DNA from: the human T2T-CHM13v2.0 reference genome, Homo sapiens
Direction of reading: 5' to 3'
Length of the DNA stretch: 64,000 bases
Assembly: GCA_009914755.4 (NCBI GenBank)
Contig: CP086569.2
Span: 13,024,001-13,088,000 of the forward strand
In this document: piece after piece, positions 56,682 through 64,000 of the stretch
Layout: each line of letters begins with the position of its first letter
Numbering within the stretch: the first letter of the stretch is position 1
The notes under the pieces: generated by a model
Database searches by the model: none
Seen by the model: the letters and a program-made list of their open reading frames with translations, nothing else
Told to the model about the DNA's origin: nothing
Translations under genes and position numbers: made by a program

Positions 56682-57079
56682 CCTGTGTCCAAGTGTTCTC
56701 ATTGTTCAATTACCACCTATGAGTGAGAATATGCGGTGTTTGGGTTTTTTTCCTTGCGATAGTTTACTGAGAATGATGATTTCCAACATCACACTCTGGG
56801 GACTGTTGTGGAGTCGGGGGAGGGGGGAGGGATAGCTTTGGGAGATATACCTAATGCTAGATGACGAGTTAGTGGGTGCAGCGCACCAGCATGTCACATG
56901 TATACATACGTAACTAACCTGCACGTTGTGCACATGTACCCTAAAACTTAAAGTATAATAATAATAAGAAGAAGAAAATATGTAACAGTAAGCAATAATA
57001 CAAATTAAAATATAATACAGTAAAAAAAAGAAAAAAAGAAAAAATAAACTTATTTTGCCATTCCGGAAAAAAAAAAAAA
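56682..57079 (+). mobile_element. Short twin-primed L1 3'-end insertion (~400 bp): inverted 3'UTR-proximal piece (56682-56800, antisense) followed by direct 3' terminus + A-rich tail (56801-57079), bounded by perfect 13-bp TSD GAAAATTCACCTT (56669-56681 and 57080-57092)
   Basis: 56682-56800 is reverse complement of L1 ..gatgttggaaatcatcattctcagtaaactatcgcaagg..ctcactcataggtggtaattgaacaatgagaacacttggacacagg; 56801 onward acactctggggactgttgtggagtcgggggaggggggagggatagctttgggagatatacctaatgctagatgacgagttagtgggtgcagcgcaccagcatgtcacatgtatacatacgtaactaacctgcacgttgtgcacatgtaccctaaaacttaaagtataataataataag...; 12 bp of L1 (aaggggaatatc) missing between outer end of inverted piece and start of direct piece. 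Confidence 0.88.
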
Positions 57080-57462
57080 GAAAATTCACCTTGAAAGACC
57101 CACAGAAATCAACATCTCATTCTCAGAGATTTATTCAAAACAAAACATAAAGTTGGATTCTAAACAAAGAATTAAAAGGAAGAAAATCTCTCTATATTTT
57201 AGAACAAAATAGGGGAAAATTACAAGTGTTTTTCTTATACAGGACTCAGAGAATTTCATTAAGAACCGTCAAGATAACTCAGGTCCAACTTTTTGTTTTG
57301 AAGCTGAAAAAGCTGAAATCTAGAGATAAGGTGATCTGTTCAGAATCCTACAAAGAAGAAAATGTACAAGACTGAATGGTTTCTCATCAGAGCTTAATCT
57401 CTTTCCAACCTGCTTCGCTGTATGCAGGAGTCTTGTGCAACTGATACATTAAAAAAATAAGA

Positions 57463-57775
57463 GGCCAGGCACAGTGGCTCACATCTGTAATGTCAGAGCC
57501 TTGGGAGGCCATGGTGAAAGGATGGCTTGAGGCAAGGAGTTTGACCCCAGCCTATGCAACATAGTGAGACCCGCCCCCTCACCAATCTCTACAAAAAATT
57601 AAAAACTTAGCTGGGCATGGTGATGCACAGCTGTAGTCCCAGCTACTCAAGAGGCTGAGGCAGGAGGATCACTTGAGCCCAGGAGTTAAAAGCTGCAGTG
57701 AGCTATTATTTTACCGCTGAACTCCAGTCTCGGTGGCAGACTAAGATCCTGTCTAAAAAAAAAGAAAGAAAAGGG
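57463..57775 (+). mobile_element. Alu SINE, full-length, diverged (older subfamily)
   Basis: ggccaggcacagtggctcacatctgtaatgtcagagccttgggaggccatggtgaaaggatggcttgaggcaaggagtttgaccccagcctatgcaacatagtgagacc...ttagctgggcatggtgatgcacagctgtagtcccagctactcaagaggctgaggcaggaggatcacttgagcccaggagttaaaagctgcagtgagctattattttaccgctgaactccagtctcggtggcagactaagatcctgtctaaaaaaaaag. Confidence 0.8.
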
Positions 57776-57886
57776 ATTGAATAGTGCTTAATCAGTTAAT
57801 CCCTAATCCGTAATGATATACAACTTTCAAGATTCTCGTATTTTAATTAACTTTCTCTATTTATCATACTTTTCAATCCCCCTTTT

Positions 57887-58183
57887 CTTTTTTTTTTTTT
57901 GAGAGAGAGTCTCACTCTGTCACCCAGGCTGGAGTGCAGTAGTAATATTTCAACTTACTGCAACCTCCACCTCTCAGGTTCAAGCATTTATCATGTATCA
58001 GCCACCACAGCAGCTGGAATGACAGGTGTGAACCACCACACCAGGCTAATTTTTGTATTTTTGGTAGAGACAGAATCTCATCATGTGTGCTAGGTTGGTC
58101 TTGAACTTCTGGCCTCAAGTGATCCACATTCTTCAGCCTCTCAAACTGCTAGGATTACAGGTGTGAGCCACAGTGCCCAGCTC
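57887..58183 (-). mobile_element. Alu SINE, full-length, antisense
   Basis: tttttttttttttgagagagagtctcactctgtcacccaggctggagtgcagtagtaatatttcaacttactgcaacctccacctctcaggttcaagcatttatc...ggctaatttttgtatttttggtagagacagaatctcatcatgtgtgctaggttggtcttgaacttctggcctcaagtgatccacattcttcagcctctcaaactgctaggattacaggtgtgagccacagtgcccagc. Confidence 0.85.
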
Positions 58184-58267
58184 AAATTTACTTTTACAGT
58201 ATCTGCTTTTAAAATTGTGCACCAAAAATTCAGGCTGTTTCTATTTTCTTTGATATAGTAGATTCGT

Positions 58268-58320
58268 GTGTGTGTGTGTGTGCATGCACACATGTTCATT
58301 TGTGTGTGTGCTAGTTGGTT
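58268..58320. repeat. (GT)n / (TG)n interrupted microsatellite
   Basis: gtgtgtgtgtgtgtgtgcatgcacacatgttcatttgtgtgtgtg. Confidence 0.8.
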
Positions 58321-58917
58321 AGCCATTATTTTATCATCTTCTCCCTAAATTATGCATCCTAAATTCCAGCTCCCCTTTAAGCGAGGTGTGTCGGTTCTGT
58401 GCCTGTAGGTTGCATTCTACTTGCTTGTATGAATCTGCCTGTCACTCTCACAAATGACGCCACTTCTGCAAGATCAAACACATTTCTCATGACTGCACCA
58501 CTGTCCATATTTCTTTCCTGGAAGCTTTATGTCATTGCCTTAGATTAGCTCATTTATTTCCTACTGACTTCACAACAACAATGTGCCCTTGCCATTTTTG
58601 CAATTAAAAAGATGTCTTCCTTTTTGAAGTCATCCCATTAAAACCTTTCCTGAAATCACAATGAATGTGTCCTGTTGTTCTTTCATATTTTCCAACAGAA
58701 GCAGGAATCTTCATCTTTGATCAAATATCTCATTCTCTTTTTCATGAATTTTCCCCAAATTTACATGTCCTTATCTATGGCCAAATCATGTAATTTTGAG
58801 AAATCAATTTTGGCTACTCTCACGTGATACTCAGTTAAAGGTCTTATAATTTCTGGGCAATTGTATCCACTATGTTTTTTAAATATTATTAGTTTAATTA
58901 TATAATTATGCATTACT

Positions 58918-59190
58918 GAGGCAGGGTCTGAAATGCAGTAGTGCAGTCATAGCTCACTGCAGCCTTCACTTCCTGGGCTCAGGTGATTCCCCTACTTCAG
59001 CCTCCCAAGAACCTGGAAGCACCTGGAAGTGGACTGTGCCACTACGCCCAGCTAATTTTTGTATTTTTTGTAGAGATGAGATTTCGCAGTGTTGCTCAGA
59101 CTGGTCTCAAACTCTTTGGCTTAAGCAATCCTCCCACCTCAGCCTCCCAATGTGCCAGAATTACTAGCATGAGATACTGTGCCCAGCCCA
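58918..59190 (-). mobile_element. Alu SINE, antisense, slightly truncated at its 3' (poly-A) end
   Basis: gaggcagggtctgaaatgcagtagtgcagtcatagctcactgcagccttcacttcctgggctcaggtgattcccctacttcagcctcccaagaacc...gagatgagatttcgcagtgttgctcagactggtctcaaactctttggcttaagcaatcctcccacctcagcctcccaatgtgccagaattactagcatgagatactgtgcccagccc. Confidence 0.8.
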
Positions 59191-59335
59191 ATATTATTAT
59201 TTTTTATTGCTAAAAAATGGTAAAATTATAGATATAATTGAAGAATATTGTATGACATATAGTATCTGGGATCTCACAACCCAGAAAGTCAACCTTAACA
59301 TTTTGGAAAATTCTTTTAAAAAATACTGGTTTGCG

Positions 59336-59835
<500 letters not shown>

Positions 59836-59851
59836 TTTTGTAAAAGAGTGA

Positions 59852-60230
<379 letters not shown>

Positions 60231-60357
60231 TAAATGATCACTGTGGTTCCATCCTAGTGACACAAGAGGCTGAGCAAATGCACTCACACTTCCTCTTACC
60301 ATTGACACATGGAATTTCAGGTTAAAAAACCCAATCACTAAAATAAATGAAACCTCA

Positions 60358-61034
<677 letters not shown>

Positions 61035-62317
61035 TTAACATCTCAGAAGACACACAGTTCAGACAGACTAGAAATGAAACCTCACCAACAGACAGACAAA
61101 AAAGCCAGAGCCGGAAATTAGTTCCCTCAAGAAGCAACGTATGACTGCTTAAAGAGTTAACCTTGCCCACTGCCTAGAGAGAGCAGATTTATCTAGATAG
61201 GGGAATTGCAATAGAGAAACATTAATTCAGGCAGAGCCACCTATGAGGGAGACTGAAGTTTTATTATTTCTTCAATCAGTCTCCCTGAGCATTCCAGGAT
61301 CAGAGTTTTTAAGGACAACTTGGTGGGTCGGGGAAGCCAGTGAGCCAGGATTTCTGATTGGTCAGGGATGAAACCATAGGGAATTAAAGCTGTCCTCTTG
61401 CTGAATCACTTCCTGGATGGGGGGGCCAATTTATTGATCTGAGTGGTGCCAGCTGATTCATCAAGTGCAGGGTCTGCAAAATATCTCAAGCACTGAACTT
61501 AGGAGCAGTTTAGGGAGGGCTAGAATCTTGTAGTCTCCAGGTGCATGACTCCTAACCCACAATTTCTAATCTTGTGGCTAATATTAGTCCTAAAAATGCA
61601 GTCTAGTCCCCAGGCAAGAAGAAGATCTGCTTTGGAAAGGGCTGTTATCATCTATATTTTAAACTATAAGCTAATTTTCTCCCATAGTTCAGCCTACACC
61701 TAGGAACAAAAAAGGACAGCTTAGAGGTGAGAAGCAAGATGGACTTGGTTAGGTTAGACCTCTTTGACTGTCTCAGTCACAATTTTTCAAAGGCGATTTC
61801 ATCAGGACATCAGTGAAACAGTTCCTTTATTGCACTTGTACATACAAGGCAAGACCTAGAGAAAATCCTGGGAAGCTTAAAATTTCTTAAATAGAAATTA
61901 ACCCTTTTCTTTGCTTAACTGGCCAAACACTACTCTATGCAGTGAGAATTTATGATATCCTCTTTCTCTGTCACCCCACAAGTAAAGTCCATTCTCAAAG
62001 CTGAGAAACAAAGTTTGTCAATTTGGAATTGCCTGTCATGGAAGTCAAAAGTAGAACTGCAGTCAAAATTTGGTAATTTTTGAAAAAAACTTTTTTTTTC
62101 CTCCCTGAAGTTTGGTTTGTTCCATGACAATCCTCTGGCTCTTGGTGTTGAAGAACGATCTTGTCTTTGTTTTCTTAAACTGCATAATTCTCCTACATAT
62201 ATTACAAGTGTCTGGTGCTTATCAATATACATTCTTAACAGATAACACACTCCCAATAGGGACATCATTTTTTTGGATTGCCTTCGTGTCTCTGACATTG
62301 CTTCCTTTAAGGTGAGT

Positions 62318-63068
<751 letters not shown>

Positions 63069-63126
63069 AGATTTATTTCTTAGTTGATGCAGAGAAATTA
63101 ATTGGGGGTTTAAAAAAAACATCGCG

Positions 63127-63425
63127 GCCCAGCATGGTGGCTCACGCCTGTAATCCCAACACTTTGGGATGCCGAGGTGGGTGGATCACCTGAGGTCGGG
63201 AGTTCAAGACCAGCCTGGGCAACATGGCAAAATTCTATCTCTAACAAAATTACAAAAGTTAGCCGGGCTTGGTGGTGAGCATCTGTAATCCCAGCTACTC
63301 AGGAGGCTGAGGCAGGAGAATCATTGAACCTGAGAGGCGAGGGTGGCAGTGAGCTGAGATTGCACCACTGCACTCCCGCCTGGATGACAGAGTGAGACTC
63401 CATCTTAAAAAAATAAACAAACAAA
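63127..63425 (+). mobile_element. Alu SINE, full-length
   Basis: ggcccagcatggtggctcacgcctgtaatcccaacactttgggatgccgaggtgggtggatcacctgaggtcgggagttcaagaccagcctgggcaacatggcaaaattctatctctaacaaaattacaaaagttagccgggcttggtggtgagcatctgtaatcccagctactcaggaggctgaggcaggagaatcattgaacctgagaggcgagggtggcagtgagctgagattgcaccactgcactcccgcctggatgacagagtgagactccatcttaaaaaaataaacaaacaaataaaa. Confidence 0.88.
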
Positions 63426-64000
63426 TAAAAACATAGTATCACACAGTCTGGAATTCTAAATCAATTCTGCATACATTCTCTGGATTACCTTATATCTGCA
63501 AAGGTGTTACAATAATATAGTAACATATATGCACTTGTCAAAACCCAGAGAGTGTACAACGGAAGTGGTAAACCTGATAGAAACTATGGACTTTAGTTGA
63601 AAAATAATGTATTGTGAAGGGAAAATATATCTCATGATACCAAAATTATTAATCCAAAGGGAAAAGTCAAACTGGGAACTGTGTCAGGCAAACCTGACTC
63701 CCATTCTATTCCTGAATAAGATAACTGCAAAGATGAAAAAGCTATATCCTTCCCTCACAATTTGTCCACAAGGAAATTCCTTGTGGACAAAGGGAAGAAG
63801 AAACTCAAAGTCATCACTTGGCTCCTGTAAGATAAGTGCATATCTGATGACTTCCTCTGTCCTGTTGTTTCACTAAACCAGACTGAGGCATAAGTGACTA
63901 ATTCCTGTAAATTAAATTTTGCATTCAGTGAAAGGCTAATCAGAAACTCAAAAAAAGTAACCATTTTTTTCTCTTATCTACCTAAGATCTGCAACTCCCT

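Overview
This window is primate nuclear DNA, most likely human or another catarrhine. It is not a prokaryotic locus and carries no novel defence or biosynthetic system. It is an AT-rich, gene-poor stretch whose sequence is mostly interspersed repeats, well over half by eye.

What I could recognise by eye:
- About 32 Alu SINEs, including one near-consensus AluY with a perfect 16-bp target-site duplication.
- Ten or more L1 LINE fragments:
  - a 6.1-kb near full-length L1PA whose ORF1 and ORF2 are broken;
  - two twin-primed (5'-inverted) L1 insertions with intact target-site duplications, about 1 kb apart;
  - a 0.85-kb L1 3' end flanked by a perfect 15-bp duplication.
- One roughly 7.1-kb HERV-E-like gammaretroviral provirus on the minus strand:
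  - two LTRs of about 445 bp;
  - a primer-binding site matching the tRNA-Glu 3' end at 17 of 18 positions;
  - a polypurine tract;
  - recognisable gag matrix, pol RNase H/integrase and env TM (immunosuppressive-domain) remnants.
- A 1.57-kb solo LTR12 (HERV9) and a separate LTR12 U3-repeat fragment.
- Seven solo LTRs of the ERVL-MaLR class (THE1/MST/MLT), one of them nested inside an Alu.
- Numerous microsatellites, including a roughly 700-bp compound GATA/GGAT array.

I could not identify any host protein-coding exon with confidence. Every long ORF in the six-frame track traces to a transposable-element coding remnant or to translation of low-complexity repeats. Coordinates are by-eye estimates, good to roughly +/-10 bp unless a duplication pins them exactly.
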